A DNA stretch of 64,000 nt. Source: Octopus sinensis (Eukaryota). The notes below the pieces were generated by a model. It was not told where the DNA came from, did no database searches, and was given only the letters and a program-made list of their open reading frames with translations. Positions 1 through 12,505 of the stretch are shown here, piece after piece (positions within the stretch are counted from its first letter, which is position 1; each line of letters opens with the position of its first letter). The stretch lies in the NCBI RefSeq assembly GCF_006345805.1, contig NC_043008.1, positions 15,872,001 to 15,936,000 of the forward strand, written 5' to 3'. The translations under genes and the position numbers were made by a program.

Positions 1-340
1 TTGCTCACTGCGGAAAACGTAAGCGCGAAACAATATTAAAAACACAATGTAGTTTCAATCTACGACCCATTGAATTATTTCTTCTTCATTTATTTCATTT
101 TGCGTCAGTAATCCGACCTATAAAGCTATGAACATTACAAATCCGATTCGACGTACCTAAATCACAAACGAAGTTAAAAGGGATTTTGTACCTAGTCGAA
201 AATAATCTAAAATAATTTCTTTGCGCTACACAGAAAGTACTTCGGATTTCATTTAGGGAGAATATGTGATAAAAGTATTGAAGACCGTTGAGATCGTGGC
301 CTAGAAGTTTCTAGAATTAGTGTTGAGCTAGTTCTAGTTT

Positions 341-576
341 TAAGGCGGCGAGCTGGCAGACACGTTAGCACGCCGGGTGAAATGCTTCGCAGTATTTCGT
401 CTGCCCATACGTTCTGAGTTCAAATTCCGCCCGAGGTCGACTTTGCCTTTCATCCTTTTGGCCTCGATTAAATAAGTACCAGTTTTACACGCTGGAGTCG
501 ATATAATCGACTTAATCCGTTCGTCAGTCCTTGTTTGTCCTCTCTGTGTTTAGCCCGCTGTGGGTAGTAAAGAAAT
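341..576 (+). mobile_element. tRNA-derived SINE, family A (tail type 1), full length
   Basis: A-box-like GGCGGCGAGCTGGCAGA, B-box GAGTTCAAATTCC, body shared with copies at 18.9, 42.9 and 43.9 kb; 15-bp TSD AGCTAGTTCTAGTTT at 326-340 and 577-591. Confidence 0.9.
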
Positions 577-1174
577 AGCTAGTTCTAGTTTAACATTAAG
601 AATATTGAAATTTGTCTTTTCGTCTTGTAGATGTTTAGGAGAGATTTAAAATTATGACATTTTGGATATCCGTAGATTCTACACGCAAAGTTGGTCTTAA
701 TCGTTAATGCTGAGTACTACACATTTAAAACATTGGCAATGATATATAGAGGCCGATTCTCCTTTACATGTACTTCTATATTTACACCTGTCTCGAGCAT
801 ATCCGTGATTCATACGAATATATTTAATGTAAAATACGTGAAATCTGAAGAGAAGTAGGTCAACAGTAATCTACATTTCGTCAATATAAGTATCAGCAAT
901 CGTCTGTCGGTGAAAGATATATTATAATCTTGTAAGGATTTATGTAAGTCTTCGAAAGAGAACGATTTGTAATTGACTGAAGCTTACAAACAATACTTCC
1001 GGTGATGCGAACTACTAGGAAGTCTACCAATTAGGCATTCACCAAAAATGTACACATCGCTATAGGGTAGGGTGCCAGTTATGGACAGAACCTTTGGAAG
1101 GAAATTTTGTTTTGAGGGGAGTTTATGTGCCACTCCCTTCTACCGGGCAACAACTTCACGACCACCATGAATGA

Positions 1175-1245
<71 letters not shown>

Positions 1246-1601
1246 AGTGTATGTATATATGTGTGTGTATGTAAGCATATATGTATTTCCTAAACAAATT
1301 ATAGAAGTATTCACTCTCATTCATATAATACTATTTGTTGCTGTAACTCACTATCTAATATTTATTTACCATTTATGAACCATACTGAACCCATTACCCC
1401 TAGGTCAAGGTGTATACCAATATTAGTAATCAAATGATATTCAATCTGTTGAGATGTTTTAGAAATACTGGAATTTAATTCTTTGGGCAAAATTGAAACA
1501 GCTGTAAGAGGACACGTTGATATTTTGCACACCAGCGCCTATTATACTACTTGATCACTTCTTCATTAAGCTTTTCGAAAGGGAATTATAATTATTTAAA
1601 T

Positions 1602-1663
<62 letters not shown>

Positions 1664-2255
1664 TTCGCATAGGCTAAAATGAAACCATTTGCATAATTCC
1701 ATAATACCTATCTACTTGACAATCTTGTATGATATGAAGATAATATAAAATAGCACATGCCAAAGGAATGGAATTTAAAACAGGACAACAAAAAAAACTC
1801 ATAACGCTACATAAATGTAAAAGAAGAAATATGTGATAAATGATAAATTCTGTTCTAAGCAAATATTTCAAAATTTATGGAATTCATAAAAATAAAAAAA
1901 TGTGTAAAATATAATATAGTGTACATAAGAAATAATTTTTAAAATAAATATGCAGAAGAAATAATATGTTAAACAATAATGATAAAATGAAAGTCGTTTC
2001 TGACTCTATTAAATCAAAACATGATAGCAGAAGTTATAAATATTAACATATATACTAAATTGTAATAATTAGAGTATGTACACTGGTGAATATGCAATAA
2101 CGTTCTGTCATAAATTTTATTTTAAATAGAACCGTAACAGATTATTCAAAGAGTAAATTTTACTTTTATGAAAATCACTTACCGCTTGATGGTGGGTAAA
2201 AAAGAGAAGCCAACTAAATAAATTCAATAAGCTTTACATTTTTTAGTCTTGTAAT

Positions 2256-2394
2256 TCTTTTGTACTCTAGTCACAGGGCCCGAAATTTTTCGGGAGGGGA
2301 GCAAATCGATTATATCGACCCCAGTACGCAGGATGGAAGATAAAGTCGACCTCGGCTGAATGTGAACTCAGAACATAAAGACGGACGAAATACC
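2256..2394 (-). mobile_element. SINE family A (tail type 2), 5'-truncated
   Basis: Reverse complement of the A body (GTCGACCTCGG...GAACTCAGAAC...GAAATACC) with the alternative CAGGCC/GGGGAG tail. Confidence 0.75.
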
Positions 2395-2639
2395 ATAAAG
2401 ACGGAAGAGCAAGTTCAAATCATTGATGCAATTTTATACCAATTGCTATTTTTACTTTTGTTATGTTACGATTATATTATACTTTAGTTTGATTTTAATC
2501 ATTACTTACTACATATAATTCAATTGTTATTATTATTTTTATTGTTAAAGTGAAAACATCTGACATAAAATAGAGAAATATTTTTGTTTCACTTTTAACA
2601 CATAATACTGAAATAGTGGAGAATATATGATATTGCTAT

Positions 2640-2812
2640 GGGCTCGCTCTAGGTAAGAAGTTGAACATTTGTTTTTGACGAGGAAACTACATGGACGCTA
2701 AGCAAGGCATGTGTAAAATTTGAATGAAATTGGTTGTGTAGCTCTCAAGTTTTAGGGAATCACACATACAGACAGACAGACAGACACACATTCTCAGTTT
2801 TGTATATATATA
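2640..2812. mobile_element. Non-autonomous Helitron/Helentron-associated (HINE/DINE-like) element end
   Basis: AAATTTGAATGAAATTGG...ACAGACAGACAGACAGAC...CAGTTTTGTATATATA architecture recalled as typical of this class; only one copy in the window. Confidence 0.4.
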
Positions 2813-2917
2813 TATATATATATATGTATATAAGAGCATATGTATATATATATATTCATATATATATACATGCATACATACATATATATATACATATATA
2901 CATATACATACATATAT

Positions 2918-2949
<32 letters not shown>

Positions 2950-2963
2950 ATATATATGTATAC

Positions 2964-2998
<35 letters not shown>

Positions 2999-3030
2999 CA
3001 TATACATACATACATGCATACGTGTATGTG
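2795..3030. repeat. Compound (TA)n/(TACA)n microsatellite
   Basis: Direct reading; source of the YIYI ORFs at 2687-3100. Confidence 0.95.
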
Positions 3031-3723
3031 GGGGTGTTTACATGTGTGTACTAATTCTCTTAGAATTATGAATGTGACGGACATTAGATATTGTACTTAA
3101 AATCACTTTGGACTATATATATATATTATATCTAATATCTCACTGAATGACTACTTATTGCAAACGCGATAAGCACATTATTACTTTTTTAGAGGATGAA
3201 TCCATATAGAGTGTGAGGAAACCATTAGAATATTTACGATGTCTGAAAAATGAAGAGAGAGAATAAATAGATTGAACGATATAAGGACTTTATTAAGAGT
3301 TACATTTTTACTTGTTGCTTCTATCATATATGTTATATTTTATATTTTATGTTTTAATTTGCATTGTGTATCTGGTCTGACGCTCAGTTTTCCCTGAACA
3401 AATTATATGGAAAAATATGCTAGTCCTAAACCTCCGTAGTAGTCGAAAACAGATAACTATTTAAAGCCACAAATATCTATTTATGTATAGAACAATTGGT
3501 GTATATTAGTAAAACACGTATTTATTGTAATGGATAACCATGCGCGTAAAAAAGAATATATTATGGGAAAAAATAATGATTATTATTAACATCGCATTTG
3601 AAACTTTAGTGGGTGAAAGACAAGCGGGATCGATGTAATCAACTTAACACCTCCTTCGAAATTGCTGGCATGTACTGAAATTTGAAACCAATTATTATTT
3701 ACCTAAACAATTGATAACTGGGG

Positions 3724-4105
3724 GAAGCACTCCGTCGGTTACGACGATGAGGGTTCCGGTTGATCCGAATCAACGGAACAGCTGGTTCGTGAAATTAACG
3801 TGTAAGTGGCTGAGCACTCCACAGACACGTGTACCCTTAACGTAGTTCTCGGGGATATTCAGCGTGACACAGAGAGTGACAATGCCGGCCCTTTGAAATA
3901 CAGGTACAACAGAAACAGGAAGTAAGAGTGAGAGAAAGTTGTGGTGAAAGAGGACAGCAGGGATCACCACCATCCCGTGCCGGAGCCTCGTGGAGCTTTT
4001 AGGTGTTTTCACTCAATAAACACTCACAACGCCCGGTCTGGGAATCGAAACCGCGATCCCATGACCGCGAGTCCGCTGCCCTAACCACTGGGCCATTGCG
4101 CCTCC
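3724..4105 (-). mobile_element. tRNA-derived SINE, family D, full length
   Basis: Head GGAGGCGCAATGGCCCAGTGGTTAGGGCAGCGGACTCGCGG...GGTTTCGATTCCC; near-identical copies at 33982 and 35126; ATTGATAA on both flanks (probable TSD remnant). Confidence 0.9.
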
Positions 4106-4425
4106 ACTATTGATAATTCACTACCTTATGAAAAGATATGTTATGAGACCTTGAATTGCTATATAACCACAATTAGATTTATAACTGGCAAAATGTTTGA
4201 TTATATATTATTACTATTTATTACTATAGCCCCCATCAGTATTGTTCAGTTATTTTCTATCTCTGATTTAAACATTGACCGATGGTGGCTCTCCAAGTTC
4301 ATTCTCTCTTGCTTTTCTCCTTTCAATGCAGTCCACCCCTCTTTACTTAGCTAACCATCATACTAATTAATGGGGACGGGGTGGAGTATGCACAGAAAGT
4401 TTCTAAATTATTACATTTAATTATG

Positions 4426-4584
4426 TAGGAGTGGCTGTGTGGTAAGTAGCTTGCTTACGAACTACATGGTTGCGGGTTCAGTCCCACTGCGTGGCATCTT
4501 GGGTAAGTGTCTTTTACTATAGCCTCGGGCCGACCAAAGCCTTGTGAGTGGATTTGGTAGACGGAAACTGAAAGAAGCCCGTCG

Positions 4585-4619
<35 letters not shown>

Positions 4620-4857
4620 GTGTGTATGTGTGTGTATGTGTTTGTATGTCTGTGTTTGTCCCCCTCCAACAGCGCTTGACAACCGATGCTGGTGTGTTTA
4701 CGTCCCCGTAACTTAACGGTCCGGCAAAAAGAGGCCAATAGAAGTAGTACTAGACTTACAAAAAACAATAAGTCCTGGGGTCGATGTGCTCGACTAAAGG
4801 CTGTGCTACAGCATGGCCACAGTCAAATGACTGAAACAAGTAAAAGAGCAAAAGAGT
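4426..4857 (+). mobile_element. tRNA/CORE-like SINE, family B, with internal (TA)n(TG)n tract
   Basis: Head GAGTGGCTGTGTGGTAAG...GGGTTCAGTCCC, CORE-like GTGGCATCTTGGGTAAGTGTCTT, internal microsatellite, 3' half ending in (AAAGAG)n; same architecture at 32.3, 32.9, 49.3 and 50.0 kb. Confidence 0.9.
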
Positions 4858-5209
4858 ATACTACTATCGTTTCCCTTGTTTCCTTTCAAATATCTGAACA
4901 TGTTCTGTTCTATTTTTCAGTAATTTGAAGTATGGAAGCAGTTTTAGTTTAGCAATTTTACAGTTTTCCAAATATATTATTTAATCTTATTCGGATATTA
5001 GTTGTAAGCAGATATTACAGAGAAAATATTTGGTTTCCTTGATCCTTGATGCAAACCCGTGTATTGAAACATACTTCATCCTTTCTCAGGAGAACCATTA
5101 TCCTAATACTATACCCATACACTGTTTCAATTTTACTTCCATATCATAACTTTGCTAAGTGGTTAATTTAATGAATTTAATAACCGACTATTTGACTGAT
5201 CGTTCGATT

Positions 5210-5293
5210 AGTCAATCATATAGGTAATCATATATGTATAGTCAATCATATAGGTAATCATATAGGTAATGAATTAGTCAATCATATAGGTAA
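5210..5293. repeat. Short minisatellite built on TAGTCAATCATATAGGTAAT units
   Basis: Three copies of TAGTCAATCATATAGGTAAT with variable spacers. Confidence 0.8.
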
Positions 5294-5677
5294 TGAAATT
5301 TCTTTCCTCGCCATTCGCCAGATTAAAAAACCAAATAAATAAATAAATAAATAAATAATCTAATTTCCTTGAAGTGGAAAGTAATAATTGTAATCGTTCC
5401 ACCCAAGTCTGTCTTCATTGGATGATTGCCTCTGTCTTGACACCGTGGTACTTTAAGTAGGAAATCCTGTTCTTGTACATAATATTAAGTCCATAGCAAT
5501 ATAAAGGACGCAGTAATTTAGTAGAGAGAAAGAAGAGACAGAGATCACATGCTAACACAGAAATATTTACATAAATATATATGGGGATCTATTTTCTATA
5601 TGTACAGGAATAGCTGCATATAAATTCTGTGGAAAGGGTTTCAGCCCTATATTTATATGCTGATATTTACAGCATTG

Positions 5678-5880
5678 AAGACGGTGATCTGGCGGAATCG
5701 TTAGCGCATCGGGTAAAATGATTAAAAGCATTTTGTCCGTCTTTATGTACTGATTTTAAATTCCACCGAGGCTGGCTTTACCTTTCGTCATATCGGGGTT
5801 TATAAACTGCGTGTCTGTTCAACACTGGGATCAATGTAATTAGCTTAGGGCCTCGGCGAAGTTTCTGCGCTTGTGCCGAT
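5678..5880 (+). mobile_element. SINE family A, degenerate
   Basis: GGTGATCTGGCGGAATCGTTAGC...AAATTCCACCGAGG...CTTTACCTTTC matches family A with many substitutions. Confidence 0.65.
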
Positions 5881-6639
5881 ATTTGAAGTCAGTATGTAAA
5901 GCATTTATATTGCTTTGAGCATTCGAAATGAATTCAAAAGGTCGCTTTGGTACACTTGTAGAACGTCTGTCATGTCAATACATCAGATGAGTTTGTGTCT
6001 CATGAAAGAGTTCCTTTTCTATCGAAGAGGAGTTTTCATCCCGAAATTTCCACGGTACTATTTGCGTGCGTGTCTATTTACAATTAAGCTACTGATTAAA
6101 AGTAAAACTGGCAAGCAGATAGAGAGAGAGAGAAATAGATTGACTGTGAGTGCAAAATAGAGACACAGAGAGCATTGACGGAAGAAGGGTTACAAATATG
6201 ATTAAAAGCAAAGAAAAACATCATCTTGTCTGAATATAACAAATATTTAAGAGAATAATAAGAATCCAACGAGTTGCGTTGGCGACTTTTCAATTAGTCT
6301 TTGGTTTTGTAAGACATTATCAATAATAAAGACTGTAGCGCTATTTATGTGTCTCTCTATCCAATAATTCTCTTCCATGGTAATAATCTGCAAGATGAAA
6401 GATTGTTAGTCCATTAAGCAAAATCAAGAAATCTCGAGTTATAAGTCTTCGTTCTATTTTTCTTTCATATTTGTAACAATTTGCAGTCATTTTATTAAAG
6501 CTATAATAGAGTTCTGTGAAGAAAATTGTTACTGATTTGGTTTTTGAAAAAAATATAATTATTGGTTTTAAATAAAATAATGTGGAATAACAACAACATC
6601 AACAACACCGATAAAAAATAGTAGCAGCAATAATCTTTT

Positions 6640-6930
6640 ACTTCTTTCTGCCATTATACTGCGGCGATGTTGTAGTACCGTCTTGAGTTTAAGTCGAACC
6701 AATTGAACCCAGGTGATTATTTTTTCCTTTAAGTAGGGTACGTATTCTTCCGATGGCTTTTGCCGAACTTCTAAGTTACAGAGTCGGAAGCAAGCTTGAA
6801 CTGGTTGTCAAGTGGTGTGAGGACAGCCACAAGCACAAAGAATACACTTGTACGTAGAAACACACCCATCACTTACACATACGATGGGCTTCGATAGCAA
6901 ACACATTCACTTACTGGTCTCTTGTCGATT
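6640..6930 (-). mobile_element. SINE family B, old degenerate copy
   Basis: CTGCGGCGATGTTGTAGTACCGTC...TTTTGCCGAACTTCTAAGTTAC...GGTTGTCAAG resembles the B 3' half. Confidence 0.55.
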
Positions 6931-7037
6931 AACAGAGCAAGTGGTTAATTTTTATTCTCTTGTCTCGACACCTTGTCTTTGCCTTTCTTAATAACAAACT
7001 GAAGGGAATTAAACATAATAGAAATATTGAAAAAATA

Positions 7038-7229
7038 TAACAAGTCTCCTTGGAAAATTCCTCTCTTTATATTAAATTCCCTTAAGGCTGTCTCATTCGA
7101 GGAAAGATCTACTTTCCATTTTTTCGTGCTATATCTAATTAAGCCGCTTATATTGTTTGCCATACTGAATATTCTAAAGCATTCGTTTATCCATGAGTGT
7201 GGTGCCATATCATACGCTTTCCTATGATC
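7038..7229 (-). mobile_element. Non-LTR retrotransposon reverse-transcriptase fragment, R4/Dong-like
   Basis: Translation DHRKAYDMAPHSWINECFRIF...KKWKVDL...NIKRGIFQGD matches the recalled KAYDxVPHSW and RGIFQGD RT motifs; stop immediately upstream, homology lost after GD. Confidence 0.8.
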
Positions 7230-8323
7230 TTATTCGAAATATCACCCCCCGAACCTAGTTTCTTCCGCATTTGGCTTCTTGTCCTCAGCAGTTTCATCTA
7301 CACTATTTATTCACAGACAAAATATCCTCTGGTCAGTCTCAATCTATTGCAATAATACAATATTACCAGTGTCACTCATGGCTTCTTATTGAAAGTGTTA
7401 ACATGCTTATGATTTGTCGGGGTCTAAACGATGGGCTACAGCAAATATTCTGTTTAATACGACAGATTTGATTAATACGACAGATTATCAGTTGCATGAC
7501 CTTAACAAGCTGAGCATGTCACTTAGTGGCTGACGACACGTGCATCTCTGATCATGAGGACTAGTGAGGGAGCACAATAGCCATGTGTTGAGAGGGGTCT
7601 CTTAAGGTGTACATAATACACCACAGGAAACATGAGTGTTTCCTTCATTATCCTTAAACAAACCTACTTCGGTGGCCTTTTTGGGCAGGATGAGACACAC
7701 TAGCTGAAGAAAATTCTAACTGGGTCCCACATGCAAGGTCACGAGCTGTTTAACTTAATACAAAGTCGCCACGTCGCGCAAATATGGTTATGGTACTTGT
7801 CAGGCAGGTACTCAAGATGGCTGTATTGGTATACGCATATTTCTAACCCAGTTTCACTTTAATGATATGCGCTGCTCTCTCAACAATTATAATAATCGTT
7901 TCTACAATAGGTACAATGCCTGAAATTTGGCGGAAGGACTAATTGATGACATCGACCGAGGTGTAAGACAGGTACTTATTTATTTTATTGATCCCTACGG
8001 GATGTAAAGGAGAGTCGGAAAAGAAACACATTCAAAAAACAAAATATTCGTCTTCAGTAACAGAACAAAGCAAATAAACCAACAACATGGCACAGTATCC
8101 GTATGAGACTTGAGAAGGTTTCGAAAAGCTTGGTTTACGACGAATGTTTCTCGAAAAAATATCCATGACAAAGATTTAGCTAGATAACATGACACCCATT
8201 CGGATAGTTGAAACTAGGATATAGTCGTGATCTATATAAAATATATGTTAAAGAAATGTGTTTCCCCATGACTGCAAATATATCTGTTTGTATAGATATA
8301 TATATGCATAGTATATATACAAC

Positions 8324-8391
<68 letters not shown>

Positions 8392-8883
8392 TACATACAC
8401 ATACAAAAAAACACACACACACACCACACACACACACACACATATAATATATACATGAACGTTTGTGTGTGTCCATATCCGCGTGCACAAAAACGGAAAC
8501 GAACGCGCACGCGAGCCTGTTCTTCTATACTCGCATAGATAGAAACATTACGATGTTGATGTTGGTGATGTTGGTTGGTGATGCGGATGCAGCTGAGGAC
8601 TATGACGATGATCGCGTCTATCATCGTGAGCATCGTTACTATCATGATCATCAACGTTGTCATAAAACATTCCACGTAGAACACAAAAAAAGTTACACAG
8701 AGAAAAGCTTAAAAGCAGTGGCAGAAACACATTACTAAAAACAAGCGACATGCGGAATGATTTATATGATATATGAATTAATGAACTGTCGAGACAATTT
8801 ACACGCATGTCAGTATTTTATAAACTAAACTAATTGATATCTCAGGAAAAAAAATGACTCACATCTATTAATATAATACAGTG

Positions 8884-9214
8884 AGGGCGCGTGGCTTAGT
8901 GGTTAGGGCATTCGGCTCATGATCGTAAGGTTGTGAGTTCGATTCCCGGCGACGCGTTGTGTCCTTGAGCAAGACACTTTATTTCACGTTGCTCCAGTCC
9001 ACTCAGCTGGCAAAAATGAGTTGTACTTGTATTTCAAAGGGTCAGCCTTGTCACTCTTTGTGTCACGCTGATATCCCCGAGAACTACGTTAAGGGTACAG
9101 TCGTGTCTGTGGAAGCTCAGCCATTTGCACGTTAATTTCACGAGCAAGCTGTTCCGTTGATCGTATCAGCTGGGACCCTCGTCGTCGTAACCGGCGGAGT
9201 CTTTAAGTCTTTAA
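8884..9214 (+). mobile_element. tRNA-derived SINE, family C (CORE-like body plus D-type tail)
   Basis: Head GGCGCGTGGCTTAGTGGTTAGGG...GAGTTCGATTCCC; GTGTCCTTGAGCAAGACACTT core; tail shared with family D; AATATAATACA at 8870-8880 and 9215-9225 (TSD-like). Confidence 0.9.
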
Positions 9215-9312
9215 AATATAATACATAAGATGAAGATAAATATTTTTATAAGTATCGCAGTTGAAATCGCATTTCGCCACTAGAATTCCCATGGATACAA
9301 TTTATGTATAAG

Positions 9313-9554
9313 CAATAATAAATCTCTGAACGAGGTATAAACAGTAACTGCAAGACAATGTGAGGTATTTTTGCCATCTCAATATGGCTAGCCACTAAGT
9401 GTCGGTGTTACTGTAGCATGTAGCCCCAGGAGAACATCGGCTCCAGAGAAGTGTGCCTGTAGCCAGCTGGAGGCGATGTTCTCCTGGGGCTACAAGCTAC
9501 AGTAACACCCAGCCTTAGTGGTTAGCCATATTGAGATGGCAAATATACCTCACA
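9313..9554. mobile_element. Fold-back element, internally deleted relative of the 27.3 kb element
   Basis: 88-bp inverted arms 9359-9446 and 9467-9554; leader CAATAATAAATCTCTGA.CGAGGTATAAACA shared with 27262. Confidence 0.85.
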
Positions 9555-9689
9555 GTTTATATATAGACATACATATATATATATGCACATATTGACGATT
9601 GACAAGTCCCTTAACCTCTTGGGAGTTGTTGGGTCGCTGCAACCATGTAGTGTTTCCAGGGTGTGGAAGCCTGGTGCAGTATATCCCTC

Positions 9690-9846
9690 TACCTGCTAAA
9701 TTCGTTTCTACAGCTGAGTGGACTGGGGCAATATGAAATGGAAGTGTTTTTGCTGAAGAACACAACGGATCGCCCTGTTTAGGGATCTAAACTACGGTCT
9801 TACGATTGTGAGTCCAGCACCCCGGCCAATAAGCCAGGCGCCTCTA
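9690..9846 (-). mobile_element. C-type SINE head and core with a different tail
   Basis: Reverse complement AGAGGCGCCTGGCTTATTGG...GACTCACAATCGTAAG...GTGTTCTTCAGCAAAAACACTT...CAGTCCACTCAGCTG. Confidence 0.7.
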
Positions 9847-9867
9847 CATATACGTACATACAGGCAT

Positions 9868-9908
9868 AGATAGATAGATGGATAGATAGATAAATAGATA
9901 GATAGATG

Positions 9909-9984
<76 letters not shown>

Positions 9985-9985
9985 C
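9868..9985. repeat. (GATA)n microsatellite
   Basis: Direct reading. Confidence 0.95.
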
Positions 9986-10505
9986 ATACATACATACATA
10001 CAACAAATTTGTACACAAAAGCAAAACATATTAACGGAGAAAGAGCAAAAGATACTGTCATGAATTCTCCAAATCCAATCTATTAGTGGTAGAGTGAAGA
10101 TGGGTAAATCATTCCAAATATTCTCTGAGATCATTATGTGAATAGGTAGGTGTACGTAGCAACAGCTCAATCAACACGCCAACTCAACCACATAATTACA
10201 GATATCTCTCAAGATATCTCTCCCTATATATATATATATATATTGATAGAAATGGCAAGACAACAAAAGAATGAAAGAGAGCAGGAGTTTTCTCATGGGT
10301 ACCGAATAATTGTCACATATTCATATAACACATATATATATATATATATAATATTTATTTCTAACACAGAGAGTGAGAGAAAGAGAGAGGAAGAAGAGAA
10401 GGAGTGAGAGAGAGATGTATTTTTCTTTCCTATACGCCTAACAATTACATTCCTGTATGTTGCATTACTTCGTTGCATCCAGCTGTGTTCCATATATATT
10501 CAATT

Positions 10506-10575
10506 CAGTAATCCCTCGGCTATCGCCAGTTTTACGTTCCAAAATATCCCGCGACAGGTGAACAGCGAGAGATTA
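10506..10575 (+). mobile_element. Possible pogo/Tigger-like DNA transposon terminus
   Basis: CAGTAATCCCTCGGCTATCGC...CGTTCCAAAA..CCCGCGA resembles Tigger-type TIRs from memory; no partner TIR found. Confidence 0.3.
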
Positions 10576-11230
10576 AAACGTATTTTGAATATTATATATT
10601 GGCAGAATTATTGCTCTGAAAATATATATTTTCTTAAAAATATCCTCAACTAATATTTAAACAATCGCAATAATTGGTAAATTTCTAATAACCTCCTTGT
10701 ACCTTCATTGGCATCATTCTCCAATAGGTTGTATGCGCCAGAAATAACTGCTTTAATAGCACGTCCTCCCTTAAGGTAGATTACGACTGTGTATATTTTT
10801 GGAGTTTAATACATGGACAATTAACAAAAGCACTAAATAGCTCGGATACGATACCTTCATTTATTATTTACTGATTTCAATTATTGGACTGTGACTATAC
10901 TGAGACAGTGTTTAGTCGAAGAATTCAACCTAGTATTTCATAAAATTTTTAGTTTGTTTATTACTCTTATGAGGCAATGGTATTGGTGGGAACAACAAGC
11001 TGTACGGCAGGCTACTACATTGCTTCCGTCTACACAATTCCCTCACTAGGCATTGGCCTGCCCAGGTCTACAGAAGACGTCACTCTCAAGAGGTGACGCG
11101 CGGTGGGATTGAACGTGAAACCACATGGACGGTTGGGGCGATTTACTCCCATTTTACGACCTGTAACTCATGTAGATAACGTACCTTTTACATTAGGTAT
11201 TTCTTTAATGTAAAACTTGCTACTTTATAG

Positions 11231-11626
11231 TCCTTTCTCCTAAAGGCACAATGCCTGAAATTTGGGGCTTGGGGACTAGTCGATTACAACGGCCCCTGTG
11301 TTTCACTGGTACTTAATTTATCGACCCCGAATGGATGAAAGGCAAAGTCGACCTCAGCAGAATTTGAACTCAGAACGTAGCGATGGTCGAAATACCTATT
11401 TCTTTACTACCCACAAGGGGCTAAACACAACACAGAGGACAAACAAGGACAGACAAACGGATTAAGTCGATTACATCGACACCAGTGCGTAACTGGTAAT
11501 TAATTCATCGACCCCGAAAGGATGAAAGGCAAAGTCGACCTCGGCGGTATTTGAACTCAGAACATAGCGATGGTCGAAATACCGCTAAGCATTTCGTCGG
11601 GCGTGCTACCGATTCTGCAAGCTCGC
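11231..11626 (-). mobile_element. Tandem dimer of family A SINEs
   Basis: Tail-2 copy 11231-11396 joined directly to tail-1 copy 11397-11626 at GAAATACC|TATTTCTTTACTAC. Confidence 0.85.
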
Positions 11627-12505
11627 AGTCATCCATTTCTCAGTTCATGCCTGCTAACCGCACATTGTGTACAGAACATTTTGTGGCGTCTTTTAATCTC
11701 TTTCACGTTTTACATTTGTATCAGCGTATATTCCTCAAATTAATTCATTCTGGTTTATAATTGAAAGTGGATATAGTTTCTTTGATATAATATGACTATA
11801 GGTGATATTTATTTGTATTTAGTTTCGTGTCATTAGGAATACTAATCAAATTTGCATATATTTGCTTTAACATTTACAGTCTATTGCGTATGTTATATCA
11901 TGCTTGCTTCATTTATCCCTAAGTATACGTACATATGTATCGTGATATTGCTTCATTGATTTTTAGATGTTTATATTGTTGTGAACGGGTGGTCTCACCT
12001 TTCTAATTTCCATTTACAGATTTGTTTGTCGTGTTTTCTTCAAGTTCTTACAAATATGTGTTGTGATTTGTGACTGTTTAGTGTGGGACTACAAATTATA
12101 TGACATCCTTTATCTGCTAAAGCGATCCGTATAAAATTGAAACTTTATTGGCTAAACATTGTAAGGTAAAATATATTCGCTTGAGTTTTCAATACGTTGG
12201 CTGAATCGCTGGAGCATGCCACAAAATGATCTGCGATATTTCTTTACTTTCCAGGCTCAATTCCAGCTGAGATTAACTACCACATTTTGTGATAGCTAAA
12301 AGCAAGTATCAGTAAAGTATCACACTCAATAGTACCGACAAATTACCTTGCTTCAAAAGTGCTGTATTTTTGTCTAATTAGAACCTATTATTATTATTAT
12401 TATTGTTATTATTTAAGGTGGTGAGCTGGCAGAATAATTAGAATGCTGTGTACAATGCTTAGACAGCATTACGGCTATCTGTACGATCTTGTTCATTCAC
12501 CGCAG

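Noticed and set aside
3770-4012. Recurring ORFs such as MVVIPAVLFHHNFLSLLLPVSVVP and LLEHHLLVEQIDPGTYSF
   Set aside because: Incidental frames in SINE families D and B; not conserved as intact ORFs between copies
8463-8738. Asp/His-rich ORF (DADAAEDYDDDRVYHREH)
   Set aside because: Explained by a decayed (GAT)n/(CAT)n tract; no convincing splice context
8884-8960. tRNA-like sequence with CTCATGA (CAT anticodon-like) loop; similar tRNA-like heads in families A, B and D
   Set aside because: No proper acceptor stem, and each continues into a multi-copy SINE body; these are SINE heads, not tRNA genes
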